DNA of 64,000 nt, taken from NCBI GenBank assembly GCA_943357895.1, contig CALRGO010000003.1:15389-79388 (forward strand), read 5' to 3'. Positions 36,699-45,734 of this stretch are shown one piece after another. The position numbers and the translations under genes were made by a program. The stretch is from Parcubacteria group bacterium (lineage in GTDB: Bacteria; Patescibacteriota; Minisyncoccia; UBA6257; UBA11618). The number at the start of each line of letters is the position of its first letter. Positions within the stretch are counted from its first letter, which is position 1. The notes below the pieces were generated by a model, which made no database searches, had not been told where the DNA came from, and worked only from the letters and a program-made list of their open reading frames with translations.

Positions 36699-37370
36699 AT
36701 GTTACTATCAGCACCCGCAATTGTACGGCATATCAAAAAAGGAACTATAACGATCGACGCGTATAATGAGAAAAACCTCGGTAACGCGAGCTACGACGTA
36801 ACGCTCGGCGCGCACTACTACCGCGAGCAAGCACCCACAGGAGGCAACGCGGTTTTTAATTTATATAACGAAGAAGACACCTACCGCGTATGGGGTAAAA
36901 AACATGCCGTGGCCGAAAAGTTCGGCAAGGATGGCGTAGCGGGCATTAAGAAAGACGATATGGTGATATGGCTTGCGCCGATGGAGACCGTCTTAGCGCA
37001 CACCGAAGAATTTATTGGCGGCACGGAAGTGGTAGACACGATGCTTAAAGCGCGATCATCGACCGCGCGCAACTTCATAAGCGTATGCAAGTGCGCTGGC
37101 TGGGGAGATGTTGGCTATGTTAACCGCTGGACGATGCAGATAACAAACCACAGCAGGTACTACCACATACCGCTCGTTGTGGGCCGCCGCATCGCGCAAA
37201 TTGTATTTTTCGAAGTAGAGCCGCTTCACGAAGTAGGCAATGCGGCATCATATGGCAAAAAAGATGACAGCAAGTACCAATCATCTGCGAACCTGAAGAA
37301 AATCAAAAAGGAATGGAAGCCGAGGGATATGCTGCCTAAGATGTGGAAGGACCGCGATGTTACGAAATAA
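36699..37370 (+). CDS. dcd: dCTP deaminase (dUTPase superfamily)
   Basis: MLLSAPAIVRHIKKGTITIDAYNEKNLGNASYDVTLG... is Dcd-like. Start at ATG 36699; the track's GTG start at 36669 lies inside the terminator hairpin. Confidence 0.75.
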   Translation: MLLSAPAIVRHIKKGTITIDAYNEKNLGNASYDVTLGAHYYREQAPTGGNAVFNLYNEEDTYRVWGKKHAVAEKFGKDGVAGIKKDDMVIWLAPMETVLAHTEEFIGGTEVVDTMLKARSSTARNFISVCKCAGWGDVGYVNRWTMQITNHSRYYHIPLVVGRRIAQIVFFEVEPLHEVGNAASYGKKDDSKYQSSANLKKIKKEWKPRDMLPKMWKDRDVTK

Positions 37371-37824
37371 TTTTCGATTTTCGAGTTTTAGATAGGGGGT
37401 GTAAGCGAGCCGCCACTGAAAGCGCAAGCGCAATAATAATCAAGTTCTTAATTATGTACTGGCCGGTAAAGGTGGGTACGAGGATGCTCGCCCACGTTTC
37501 GTTGGGCAATAGAACGAGCGGTAAGAATGCAGCGAGCATATGCGGTAATAAGAGCGCTATTGCAAGCCGTTCTGCGCCGGCAATAAGAAATGCTAACCCA
37601 ATAACCATTTCGTACGAACCGAAGAATATGCGAAATGCTTCGAAAGAAACGAATGGCAATGTATTTTCTAAAAGCGCTGCAACAAGCGGTTCGGCGGGGC
37701 TAATATCTAAAACTTTAAGCAGGCCGAACCAGAAAAATATTATAAAAAGCGCCCCGCGCGCGGCAGGCTCTGCGATTTTTTTAATGCGGTGGACGACGAG
37801 AGCGTCGAAACGAGCGAACTGCAT
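37360..37824 (-). CDS. Integral membrane hypothetical protein (154 aa)
   Basis: Four hydrophobic helices. TATGAT sits 11 nt before the ATG. Confidence 0.55.
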   Translation of the reverse strand: MQFARFDALVVHRIKKIAEPAARGALFIIFFWFGLLKVLDISPAEPLVAALLENTLPFVSFEAFRIFFGSYEMVIGLAFLIAGAERLAIALLLPHMLAAFLPLVLLPNETWASILVPTFTGQYIIKNLIIIALALSVAARLHPLSKTRKSKIIS

Positions 37825-37911
37825 AGTATGATGATATCATACGCCATTTTATGGACAGTAATCCTCTGCCATGCTATGCTCTAGGCAACGAAGATTTAAC
37901 GAACAAATAGG

Positions 37912-37977
37912 CGAATGCCGTTTGTCTTTAGTCTCGGAAAGTCGTTTATAAAGCAAAAAAGACACTAATGGCATTCG
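37912..37977 (+). promoter_or_regulatory. Long imperfect inverted repeat (8+7 bp arms, 28-nt loop) enclosing the start codon of the zinc-ribbon ORF
   Basis: cgaatgccgtttgtcttt...aaagacactaatggcattcg. The ATG at 37968 lies inside the right arm. A TGGACA-N17-TATGCT promoter-like sequence sits at 37852-37880. Confidence 0.4.
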
Positions 37978-38168
37978 AACGCAACAATGGCGGCATGGGA
38001 GGCGGTAACTTCCAGCGTCAGATGTTCTCGGGAGATTGGAAGTGCTCGAAGTGCGCCGGCCCGATAAAGGAACTTCCTTTTCAGCCCGACCCAGCTCGGC
38101 TCGACCAGCTTCTCTGCAGGGACTGTCACCGTCAGAACGCCCCTCGCAGGGATTTCGGCGGTAGATAA
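37968..38168 (+). CDS. Candidate small zinc-ribbon protein (66 aa; CSKC...CRDC)
   Basis: C-x2-C-x24-C-x2-C pattern with a strong terminator immediately downstream. The antisense 107-aa ORF is low-complexity. Confidence 0.4.
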   Translation: MAFERNNGGMGGGNFQRQMFSGDWKCSKCAGPIKELPFQPDPARLDQLLCRDCHRQNAPRRDFGGR

Positions 38169-38173
38169 ACAAT

Positions 38174-38210
38174 AAAAAACACCCCCGACGGTATGTCGGG
38201 GGTGTTTTTT
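38174..38210. terminator. Strong bidirectional intrinsic terminator
   Basis: AAAAAA-cacccccgac-ggtat-gtcgggggtg-TTTTTT. Confidence 0.75.
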
Positions 38211-38225
38211 GTTTGCCCGTAAAAA

Positions 38226-38693
38226 TTATGTATGCCGGTCGAGACGGCGCAAAATCTCCAAGATCATCTTATTCTGGTTTTCTAAGTGCTGGAGCACAAC
38301 CTCTATTTCGAATTCCGCCTTAGTATTTATTTCAAAGTCAGCCTCGGCACGCGCGTCCGAATGCCTGCCGTTTAAATTCTGACTAATCATTAAAAGCGGC
38401 ATCATCATAAGCTGAAAAATATTAACGATAAAAAGCCATAGCACGAACGCCGGATACGGGTCGAACCGCATCGGGGTGGGGGCAAGTATATTCCACCCAA
38501 GCCACAAAACGGTAACACATATAAGTGTCACAAAAAAACTCGCAGAGCCGATACAGCGCGCAATAGCAACTGCCACGCGATCAAGAAAAGAAAGCCGCTC
38601 CTTGTGCTCGATGTCCGTACGGCGCATCCTCTTACGTAAATGCTTCAGTTCGTTGAGCGTCGGCGGATTATGTAAAGAATATTCCATATACAT
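38226..38693 (-). CDS. DUF1003-like small membrane protein
   Basis: 155 aa with two TM helices and a charged C-terminal coiled region. Confidence 0.55.
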   Translation of the reverse strand: MYMEYSLHNPPTLNELKHLRKRMRRTDIEHKERLSFLDRVAVAIARCIGSASFFVTLICVTVLWLGWNILAPTPMRFDPYPAFVLWLFIVNIFQLMMMPLLMISQNLNGRHSDARAEADFEINTKAEFEIEVVLQHLENQNKMILEILRRLDRHT

Positions 38694-38752
38694 AAAATAA
38701 TATCACAAAATCAAAACAGTATAATAAAACTAAACTCACGTCTTATCCCCAC

Positions 38753-38788
38753 ATTATCGTCATATGCCGGTCGGCATATGACGATAAT
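38753..38788. repeat. 36-nt perfect palindrome P1: ATTATCGTCATATGCCGGTCGGCATATGACGATAAT
   Basis: Exact reverse-complement symmetry. 6 nt after the typA stop, and not followed by a T-run. Confidence 0.9.
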
Positions 38789-38793
38789 AGACC

Positions 38794-40587
38794 CTAGACT
38801 TTACGGCCGGCGCCCTTTAACTCACGCTTCCTGATGCGGATTGATTTTGGGGTCACCTCTACAAGCTCGTCGTCGCCGATGTATTCAAGTGACTGCTCCA
38901 AGGACATTACGCGCGGCGGAATTAAGTCGTCACTTACGGCTTCCGTCTTTGCACGGAAGTTATTTAACTGCTTTTCGCGGCAGACGTTCACAGATAAATC
39001 ATTATCCTTAGCGTGTTCGCCGCATACCTGCCCTGCGTAGACTTCTACCCCCGGCCCGATAAAGAGCACGCCGCGGTCGCGCGAGTTAAGTAAGCCATAG
39101 GCCGTCGTCGAGCCCGATTCATGTACTACGAGCGAACCATGCTTACCCGCCTCTATGGTTTCCCACTTAGGGAAGTAGCCGGCGAAGAGCGAGTTGATAA
39201 TCCCCTTACCTTTCGTGTCTATTATAAATTCGTTACGGAAGCCGATGAGTCCGCGCGTCGGCACGAAAAAGTGAAAATTAACGATGCCATTATCTACGCT
39301 CATATTGCGCATTTCGCCCTTACGGTTCGAAAGGCGTTCGATAACAATACCCGAATACGTTTCGGGTGCCTCGATCCACACGTCTTCCGCCGGCTCACAC
39401 ATCTTTCCGTCTTCAATCTTCATAATAACCTCGGGGCGCGAAACCTGCAGCTCAAAGCCGTCGCGACGCATTTTTTCTATCAAAATTGCTAAATGTAGTT
39501 CGCCGCGGCCGGAAACCACAAACTGATCCGGCGTGTCGCCCTCGTCAACGCGGAGCGCTACGTCACCATCGAGTTCGCGCATTAGGCGCTCACTGATGTT
39601 GCGCGACGTGCAGTACTGGCCTTCGCGGCCGGCAAACGGCGAATCGTTAACGCTGAAAATCATCTTCACCGTCGGCTTTTCTATGGTGATTGCCGGCAAC
39701 GCTTCAGGATTATCAATATCCGTCACCGTATCACCGATCGTAATGTCGGGAATACCCGAAAGCACGGCTATGTCGCCTGCCACGACCTCCGTGGCATCTA
39801 TCTTACCAAGACCAGAAAACATCATAAGCGAAGTGATCTTCGACTTACGTACCGTGCCGTCGTTTGCGACGATTGCCACCGGCTGAGTTGCCATAATTTT
39901 ACCGCGCGTCACGCGGCCAATACCGATCTTACCCTTATAATTATCGTACGATAAAGAAACTACCATCATCTGGAGCGGACCTTCCGACTGCGCCTTAGGG
40001 GCAGGAATATATTTCATGACCGCGTCGAAAAGCGGTACAAAGTCCGTCATTTTTTCCATCTCTGGCTCAAGGCCCGCCTTACCTAAACGGCCTGCAGCAT
40101 ATACTACGGGGAAATCGAGCTGCTCGTTTGTAGCGCCTAATTCTATAAAAAGCTCTAAAACCTTATCTAACGTGTAGTCGATGCGGGCGTTAACTTTATC
40201 TATTTTATTTACGACGACGATAATTTTATGTCCGATAGCGAGCGCCTTCTTAAGCACGAAGCGCGTTTGTGGCATCGGGCCTTCCTGCGCATCAACTAAT
40301 AAGAGCGATCCGTCTGCCATGTTCAAAACGCGCTCTACCTCGCCGCCGAAGTCGGCGTGGCCGGGAGTATCGATAATATTAATTTTCGCGTCTTTATACT
40401 GCACAGCCGCATTTTTAGAGAAAATGGTAATACCACGCTCACGCTCGATGTCGTTAGAATCCATTATCATTTCCACACCCGCCGACTTCCCTAAATCCGT
40501 ATTCGTCTGCTTTAAAAGACCGTCGACAAGAGTGGTCTTGCCGTGGTCGACGTGGGCGATAATAGCGATATTCCGTATGTCTGCCAT
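38794..40587 (-). CDS. typA: Translational GTPase TypA/BipA
   Basis: 597 aa, [10 protein letters not shown]-loop, EF-G-like domain organisation with the BipA C-terminal domain. Confidence 0.9.
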   Translation of the reverse strand: MADIRNIAIIAHVDHGKTTLVDGLLKQTNTDLGKSAGVEMIMDSNDIERERGITIFSKNAAVQYKDAKINIIDTPGHADFGGEVERVLNMADGSLLLVDAQEGPMPQTRFVLKKALAIGHKIIVVVNKIDKVNARIDYTLDKVLELFIELGATNEQLDFPVVYAAGRLGKAGLEPEMEKMTDFVPLFDAVMKYIPAPKAQSEGPLQMMVVSLSYDNYKGKIGIGRVTRGKIMATQPVAIVANDGTVRKSKITSLMMFSGLGKIDATEVVAGDIAVLSGIPDITIGDTVTDIDNPEALPAITIEKPTVKMIFSVNDSPFAGREGQYCTSRNISERLMRELDGDVALRVDEGDTPDQFVVSGRGELHLAILIEKMRRDGFELQVSRPEVIMKIEDGKMCEPAEDVWIEAPETYSGIVIERLSNRKGEMRNMSVDNGIVNFHFFVPTRGLIGFRNEFIIDTKGKGIINSLFAGYFPKWETIEAGKHGSLVVHESGSTTAYGLLNSRDRGVLFIGPGVEVYAGQVCGEHAKDNDLSVNVCREKQLNNFRAKTEAVSDDLIPPRVMSLEQSLEYIGDDELVEVTPKSIRIRKRELKGAGRKV

Positions 40588-40640
40588 AAAAATAAAAGAG
40601 GGCGTGGCCCTGATTCGTAAATCAGAATACCACGCCCTCT
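40588..40640 (-). terminator. Intrinsic terminator downstream of the FKBP gene
   Basis: An 11-bp stem agagggcgtgg/ccacgccctct followed on the minus strand by TTTATTTTTAT. Confidence 0.6.
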
Positions 40641-40655
40641 AGTATTATTCAACTG

Positions 40656-41126
40656 CTATTCAACCTTCAATAATTCTATCTCGAACTTCAATGTCGCGTT
40701 CGGGGGAATTTGGCCTCCGGGCGTGCCCGTTTCGCCATAGCCGAGCTCCGAGGGAATAACGAGCGTTCGCTTACCGCCAACTTTCATGCCGGCTACGCCT
40801 TCGTCCCATCCTTTGATTACTTGACCCTCGCCGAGCGTAAAGGAAAACGGCTGGCCGCGGTCCTTCGACGCGTCGAACTTTGTGCCATCCGTAAGCGTTC
40901 CTACGTAATGCACCGTCACTTTCTTGCCCAAAACCGCTTCGGCTCCGGTACCTACTACAACATCCGTCGATTGTAATTCGTTTATCATATCTAACGTTGA
41001 GGTTGCCACAGAATCGTTACCACCCGCAAACGGAAGCGAAGCGGGCGTTCCCGTAAAGCCCAAATATGCGACATATCCCACGAATGCGACGAGTGCCACG
41101 AGCGCGATGCTTAACAGTATTTTCAT
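40656..41126 (-). CDS. FKBP-type peptidyl-prolyl cis-trans isomerase (secreted or membrane-anchored)
   Basis: N-terminal TM/signal segment. FKBP motifs VHYVGTLTDGTKFDAS and GWDEGVAGMKVGGKR. Confidence 0.8.
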   Translation of the reverse strand: MKILLSIALVALVAFVGYVAYLGFTGTPASLPFAGGNDSVATSTLDMINELQSTDVVVGTGAEAVLGKKVTVHYVGTLTDGTKFDASKDRGQPFSFTLGEGQVIKGWDEGVAGMKVGGKRTLVIPSELGYGETGTPGGQIPPNATLKFEIELLKVE

Positions 41127-41165
41127 AATTCATTAATGCTATCCGAAGATCGTTAAAATATCAAA

Positions 41166-41198
41166 AAGAAAAACAGCGGGGATATCCCTGCTGTTTTT
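41166..41198. terminator. Bidirectional intrinsic terminator downstream of the DEAD-box helicase gene
   Basis: AAAAAAA-cagcggg-gatat-ccctgctg-TTTTT. Confidence 0.65.
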
Positions 41199-41216
41199 CT
41201 AATATGCAATTCAGTC

Positions 41217-42590
41217 TTAGCGATGATTGCGCGATACTGCAGATCCACCGGAGCGCGGACGCGGGCTTGCGAAGCGGCTTGTACCGCCGAATCCCGGTTT
41301 AGATACGGCCCCACGGCCGAAGCCCGCCCCACGCGGCGCATACGCTGCGCGCGGCGCAGTAGAAGCAAAGCGCGAAGAAGGGCGGCTCGAGCCGAAGCGC
41401 GAACGGCCACCTACCTGCGGCTCGTCGTCTGCCACATATACCGGCGTACGGTATGCGGGTAATACTGCCGGCAACTTAGAAACCGCAATCGGCATACGGA
41501 TAAGCCGCTCGATAATCTTTACCTTGTAATACTGGTCGGCAGTGACCAAAGAAACGGCTTTGCCGGCCAAACCTGCGCGGCCGGTGCGGCCGATGCGGTG
41601 CACGTAGTCCTCCGCTTGTTCCGGTAAGTCGTAGTTTACGACAAGCTCAATACCCGTTACGTCGATGCCACGGGCGGCAATATCTGTCGCTACAAGCACG
41701 CGCTTAGCGCCGGACTTAAAGCTATCGAGCGCCTCGCGACGCTGACCGAGCGAACGATTGGAATGAATTTCTGAAGCACCGTGACCCATAACGCGAATAT
41801 TCGCGCACAACTTCTTTGCGCCATGCTTAGTACGGCAAAAGATAAGCACGGGGCCTTTATATTCCATAAGAAGATGCTCGAGTAAACGGTTTTTCTGGTC
41901 TTTCGTGACCACGAAGATTTCTTGATCCATACGGTCGGCAATGGTACCGGCGCGTGCGATTTCGATACGCAAGGGCGTCTGCATATGGCGCGACGCTAGC
42001 GTAAAGATTTCTTGCGGCATGGTTGCCGAGAATAACAACGTTTGGCGCTCGCTAGGCAACGTAGAAATAATATCCTTGATCTGCGGCAAGAAGCCCATGT
42101 CGAACATATGGTCTGCCTCGTCTAAAACTAAGATCGCAACCGTATCGCCCTTAAACGTACCCTGCGATAAGTGGTCGTTAATGCGCCCTGGCGTACCGAT
42201 AATAACGTGCGGGCCGCGGCGGATAGAACCGAGCTGCGGGCCCATGGCCGCGCCGCCGATAAGAAGCGCCGTGCGCACGCCCAAAGGACCACCAACCTTA
42301 ATAAAGGTCTCTTCGACCTGCGCCGCGAGTTCGCGGGTAGGCACGACGACGAGCCCAATTTTGCCTTTCATCTCCATAAGGCGCTGCAACATCGGCACGG
42401 CGAACGCGAGCGTTTTACCCGTACCGGTCTGGGCTATTCCCACGACATCCTTTCCCTCGATCGACGGCAAGATAGCCTTCTGCTGAATCAGCGTAGGCGT
42501 CGTGTAATGCAACTTTTTAAGCACCTCTAAAATCTCGGACGAAATGCCGAGATTTTCAAATATAACTCCCCCTTCTTGTGTGTTTTCCAT
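41217..42590 (-). CDS. DEAD-box ATP-dependent RNA helicase with RG-rich C-terminal tail
   Basis: Q motif, AQTGTGKT, DEAD, SAT and HRIGRTGRAG motifs. The C-terminus is Arg/Gly/Ser-rich. Confidence 0.9.
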   Translation of the reverse strand: MENTQEGGVIFENLGISSEILEVLKKLHYTTPTLIQQKAILPSIEGKDVVGIAQTGTGKTLAFAVPMLQRLMEMKGKIGLVVVPTRELAAQVEETFIKVGGPLGVRTALLIGGAAMGPQLGSIRRGPHVIIGTPGRINDHLSQGTFKGDTVAILVLDEADHMFDMGFLPQIKDIISTLPSERQTLLFSATMPQEIFTLASRHMQTPLRIEIARAGTIADRMDQEIFVVTKDQKNRLLEHLLMEYKGPVLIFCRTKHGAKKLCANIRVMGHGASEIHSNRSLGQRREALDSFKSGAKRVLVATDIAARGIDVTGIELVVNYDLPEQAEDYVHRIGRTGRAGLAGKAVSLVTADQYYKVKIIERLIRMPIAVSKLPAVLPAYRTPVYVADDEPQVGGRSRFGSSRPSSRFASTAPRAAYAPRGAGFGRGAVSKPGFGGTSRFASPRPRSGGSAVSRNHR

Positions 42591-42679
42591 AACAATTCCT
42601 ACCTAGTCGTCACAAAAACATATGCTTTTGCAAGATAAGCCGCCTTCCCTTTAATTAATTCGTTAGGGGCGAGCTCTAT

Positions 42680-42713
42680 ACGACATGTGACCCGATACCG
42701 GTCGGCATGTCGT
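42680..42713. repeat. Degenerate palindrome P3 (acgacatg...ccgataccggtcgg...catgtcgt)
   Basis: 8-bp outer arms around a core that shares CCGGTCGGCAT with P1. 64 nt after the bcp stop. Confidence 0.6.
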
Positions 42714-42776
42714 TACGTGAACGAAAGCGCGGTCCAAGTCCTTAGTAGTGGGTGTACTATATAACGGAAGCCTACC

Positions 42777-43235
42777 TTATGTCAAGTCAGTTATGATATC
42801 CGCGGCGTGCGTTTCAGGCTTCACGTTTTCGTAAATCTTTTCGATAACGCCTTCAGGGCTTATTAAAAACGACGTGCGGAGCGTGCCCATATACTCTCGC
42901 CCCATAAACTTTTTCTTCGCCCATACGCCATATTTCCCCACAACCTCCTTGTTTTCATCAGATAAGAGCGTGAAGGATAGTCCATATTTTTGAGCGAACT
43001 TAACGTGGCTTTTAACAGGATCGACGCTTACGCCGAGCACTACTACACCGAGCGTGCCAAAATCTGGCAACATCTCCTCTATACCGCACGCCTGCTTCGT
43101 GCAACCTTCCGTATCGTCCTTGGGGTAGAAATATAAAAGTACGCGTTTACCCGCGTAATCCGCGAGATTATGAATAGCGCTGTTTTGGTCCGGCAGCGAA
43201 AATAACGGGGCTTTTTCTCCTATGGAAAGTTTCAT
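42777..43235 (-). CDS. bcp: Peroxiredoxin Bcp (thiol peroxidase)
   Basis: FYPKDDTEGCTKQAC peroxidatic Cys motif. 152 aa. Confidence 0.85.
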   Translation of the reverse strand: MKLSIGEKAPLFSLPDQNSAIHNLADYAGKRVLLYFYPKDDTEGCTKQACGIEEMLPDFGTLGVVVLGVSVDPVKSHVKFAQKYGLSFTLLSDENKEVVGKYGVWAKKKFMGREYMGTLRTSFLISPEGVIEKIYENVKPETHAADIITDLT

Positions 43236-43259
43236 ACCGTAATAGTACTATAAGCACAT

Positions 43260-44480
43260 ATGAATTACCTCCTACACATGCGCACCCGCACGTGGATTAT
43301 CATCCTCGTTATCGCCATCGCCCCACTCTACGGCGAATACCGGTATATCGGCGCTAAAAATACAACTGTGACGCCAACCGAAACCGCCACGAGCACCGTT
43401 ACACAAATAGAAAACTCTATCACGGCGGTCGGGTCCGTTGTCCCCTTAAAAAGGGCGGATACCGGCTTTAAGCGCGCGGGTATTGTGGTATCACTCCCCT
43501 ATGCTATAGGGGCACGCGTTACGGAGGGCGCTGTCATTGGCACGCTCGACGCAAGCGAAGCACAGGCTGACCTCACAAAAGCTAAAAGCGATGTCCTTGC
43601 CGCGCGCGCTGAATTAACCAAAGCCGAAACTATTCTCGCTAATTACGAAAGCCAAAAAGGCACGGTAACGAGCCAAGCGTACGCAAAGGCGGAAGATGCC
43701 GTGCGTAAGCAACTCGACCCATTATTTATGGACGACGATACTACCCCCCGCCTTACCTTCCAAGCCAAGGACTCGCAGGTAGAAAATGATATCTATACCG
43801 CCCGCGGCGCGGCAGGTCGCTCGATTACCGCATGGCAAAAAATTCTTGCAAGCGGAGACCTCATAGACACAACGAAGCGTCTGACTGATATCCGCGCCCT
43901 GCTCTACCTCGCACAGAATGCCCTTACCGCACAGGCAAGCCTCGACGCAACGACGCTCGCCGCTTACAAAGCCGCCGTTACCGCAGGCCTCGACGAAACG
44001 AACGCAGCGATAGCCTCCGTGAGCGACCTTACGCAAAAACTACGCGCGCAGGCGGCGGATATACAAACGCAAGAGGCACGTATCGTAAGTGCCGACGCTT
44101 CTGTGGCGCAATCATATGCACGTCTTGACCAATCATATCTCCGCGCACCCTTTGCGGGAATAATTACCGACAAGAAAACCGAAATCGGCCAGTTTATCGG
44201 CGCAGGGCAAGCGGCATTCTCGCTTTCGGGGACCGCGTTCGAAATACAGTCTGATATTCCGGAGGCCTATATCGGTAAAATCCGTTCGGGCATGCCGGTA
44301 ACCATCCTCCTCGACGCCTACGCAGACGAAACTATTAAAGGGACTATAACATCCGTCGAGCCCGCCGGCCGCCTGATTAACGACGTCATCTACTACCGTA
44401 TTACAATTTCCGTAAGCAACGGAAAGTATGGCGCATTCTTAAAAAATGGACTCACCGCGAATATTACTATCACACCATGA
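43260..44480 (+). CDS. HlyD-family periplasmic adaptor (membrane fusion protein, MacA-like)
   Basis: N-terminal TM segment, long coiled-coil, beta-barrel and MP domains. First gene of a three-gene efflux operon. Confidence 0.75.
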   Translation: MNYLLHMRTRTWIIILVIAIAPLYGEYRYIGAKNTTVTPTETATSTVTQIENSITAVGSVVPLKRADTGFKRAGIVVSLPYAIGARVTEGAVIGTLDASEAQADLTKAKSDVLAARAELTKAETILANYESQKGTVTSQAYAKAEDAVRKQLDPLFMDDDTTPRLTFQAKDSQVENDIYTARGAAGRSITAWQKILASGDLIDTTKRLTDIRALLYLAQNALTAQASLDATTLAAYKAAVTAGLDETNAAIASVSDLTQKLRAQAADIQTQEARIVSADASVAQSYARLDQSYLRAPFAGIITDKKTEIGQFIGAGQAAFSLSGTAFEIQSDIPEAYIGKIRSGMPVTILLDAYADETIKGTITSVEPAGRLINDVIYYRITISVSNGKYGAFLKNGLTANITITP

Positions 44481-45730
44481 GCTTAGGACCCGTTTTCCGC
44501 GTAGCGTTTTTTATAGCGCTCCGTGACACCGTGCGCGGCAACCGCTGGGCGTCCGCACTCACAATACTTCTTATAACGCTCACGTTCGTGAACCTCGTTA
44601 TCGTAGGCGGCGTTCTCGTAGGCCTTATCGAAAGCTCGAGCCTTGCAAACCGCGTGCGCCATTCTTCAGACATCTTGCTTTCCACCCCCGCCTCGAAATC
44701 GTATATAGAACAAAGCGCCGCTATTATATCGCTCATCGAACGAACTGACGGCGTTGTAAAATATTCCGCTCGCTATGCCGAGCCGGCAACCATAACCGCC
44801 GGATATAAAACGAAGCTCAACCCGAAAGACGTCGAAGACTACGCGCGCGCCGTCGTCGCAGGTATCGACCCTGTGCGCGAAAATGACTTAACAGGAATTG
44901 CGGAAAAAGTCGTCGAAGGACGCTTTTTAAAACCCAACGAATTCGGCGCTATCGTGCTCGGCTCGAACCTCCTCTATAAATATATCCCTATCGACTCGCC
45001 GGGATTGCAGACGCTCGACATAAAAGGCGTGGGAGAGAAAGTACGCTTAACGGTAGGTGGTAATAATAAAGAACTCACAGTCGTCGGCATCATAAAAAGC
45101 AAGGTGGGCGAGATAGACCAGCGTATGTTTATGAACGGGGCAGAACTACGCCCTTTGATACGCCGAAACGACCTGAACGTAGACGAGATAGCCGTACAAG
45201 TTACGGACGACGCGGCTATTGCAAGCGTTAAGGCTGCGCTTATTGCAGGAGGCGCCGGAAAATTCGCCCGTATACAAACATGGGAAGAAGCCCAGCCGAA
45301 ATTTATACAAGACATTAAGAACACCTTCGCGATACTCGGCAACATCATCGGCTCGGTGGGCGTCGTCGCTTCGTCCATTACCATTTTTATTATCGTTTTC
45401 GTCTCCGCTATCGTCCGCCGTAAACAGATCGGCATCTTAAAGGCTATTGGCATCAACTCGAACGCCATCGAGCTCGCGTACGCCATGCAATCGGTCTTCT
45501 ACGGCATTGTGGGCATTACCCTCGGCATGGTTATTAGCTTTCTCGTCATCAAGCCGTACGTCGATTTGCACCCCATCAACTTCCCGTTTAGTGACGGCAT
45601 TATAGCCACTACGTGGCCCTCGACTATCGCGCGCATCGTAGCGCTCTTTGCCGCAACGTTATTTGCCGGCTACATTCCCGCAAAACTTATTGTGCGCAAA
45701 AATACTATTGATGCCATTTTAGGCAGATAA
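44477..45730 (+). CDS. ABC transporter permease (FtsX/MacB-type)
   Basis: 417 aa with an N-terminal TM segment, a large periplasmic domain and a C-terminal 3-TM FtsX domain. It overlaps the adaptor gene by 4 nt. Confidence 0.8.
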   Translation: MSLGPVFRVAFFIALRDTVRGNRWASALTILLITLTFVNLVIVGGVLVGLIESSSLANRVRHSSDILLSTPASKSYIEQSAAIISLIERTDGVVKYSARYAEPATITAGYKTKLNPKDVEDYARAVVAGIDPVRENDLTGIAEKVVEGRFLKPNEFGAIVLGSNLLYKYIPIDSPGLQTLDIKGVGEKVRLTVGGNNKELTVVGIIKSKVGEIDQRMFMNGAELRPLIRRNDLNVDEIAVQVTDDAAIASVKAALIAGGAGKFARIQTWEEAQPKFIQDIKNTFAILGNIIGSVGVVASSITIFIIVFVSAIVRRKQIGILKAIGINSNAIELAYAMQSVFYGIVGITLGMVISFLVIKPYVDLHPINFPFSDGIIATTWPSTIARIVALFAATLFAGYIPAKLIVRKNTIDAILGR

Positions 45731-45734
45731 AACT

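Noticed and set aside
37849-38172. 107-aa minus-strand ORF antisense to the zinc-ribbon ORF
   Set aside because: R/S/P-rich low-complexity sequence. The plus-strand ORF has a Cys4 pattern, a promoter and a terminator. Not fully excluded.
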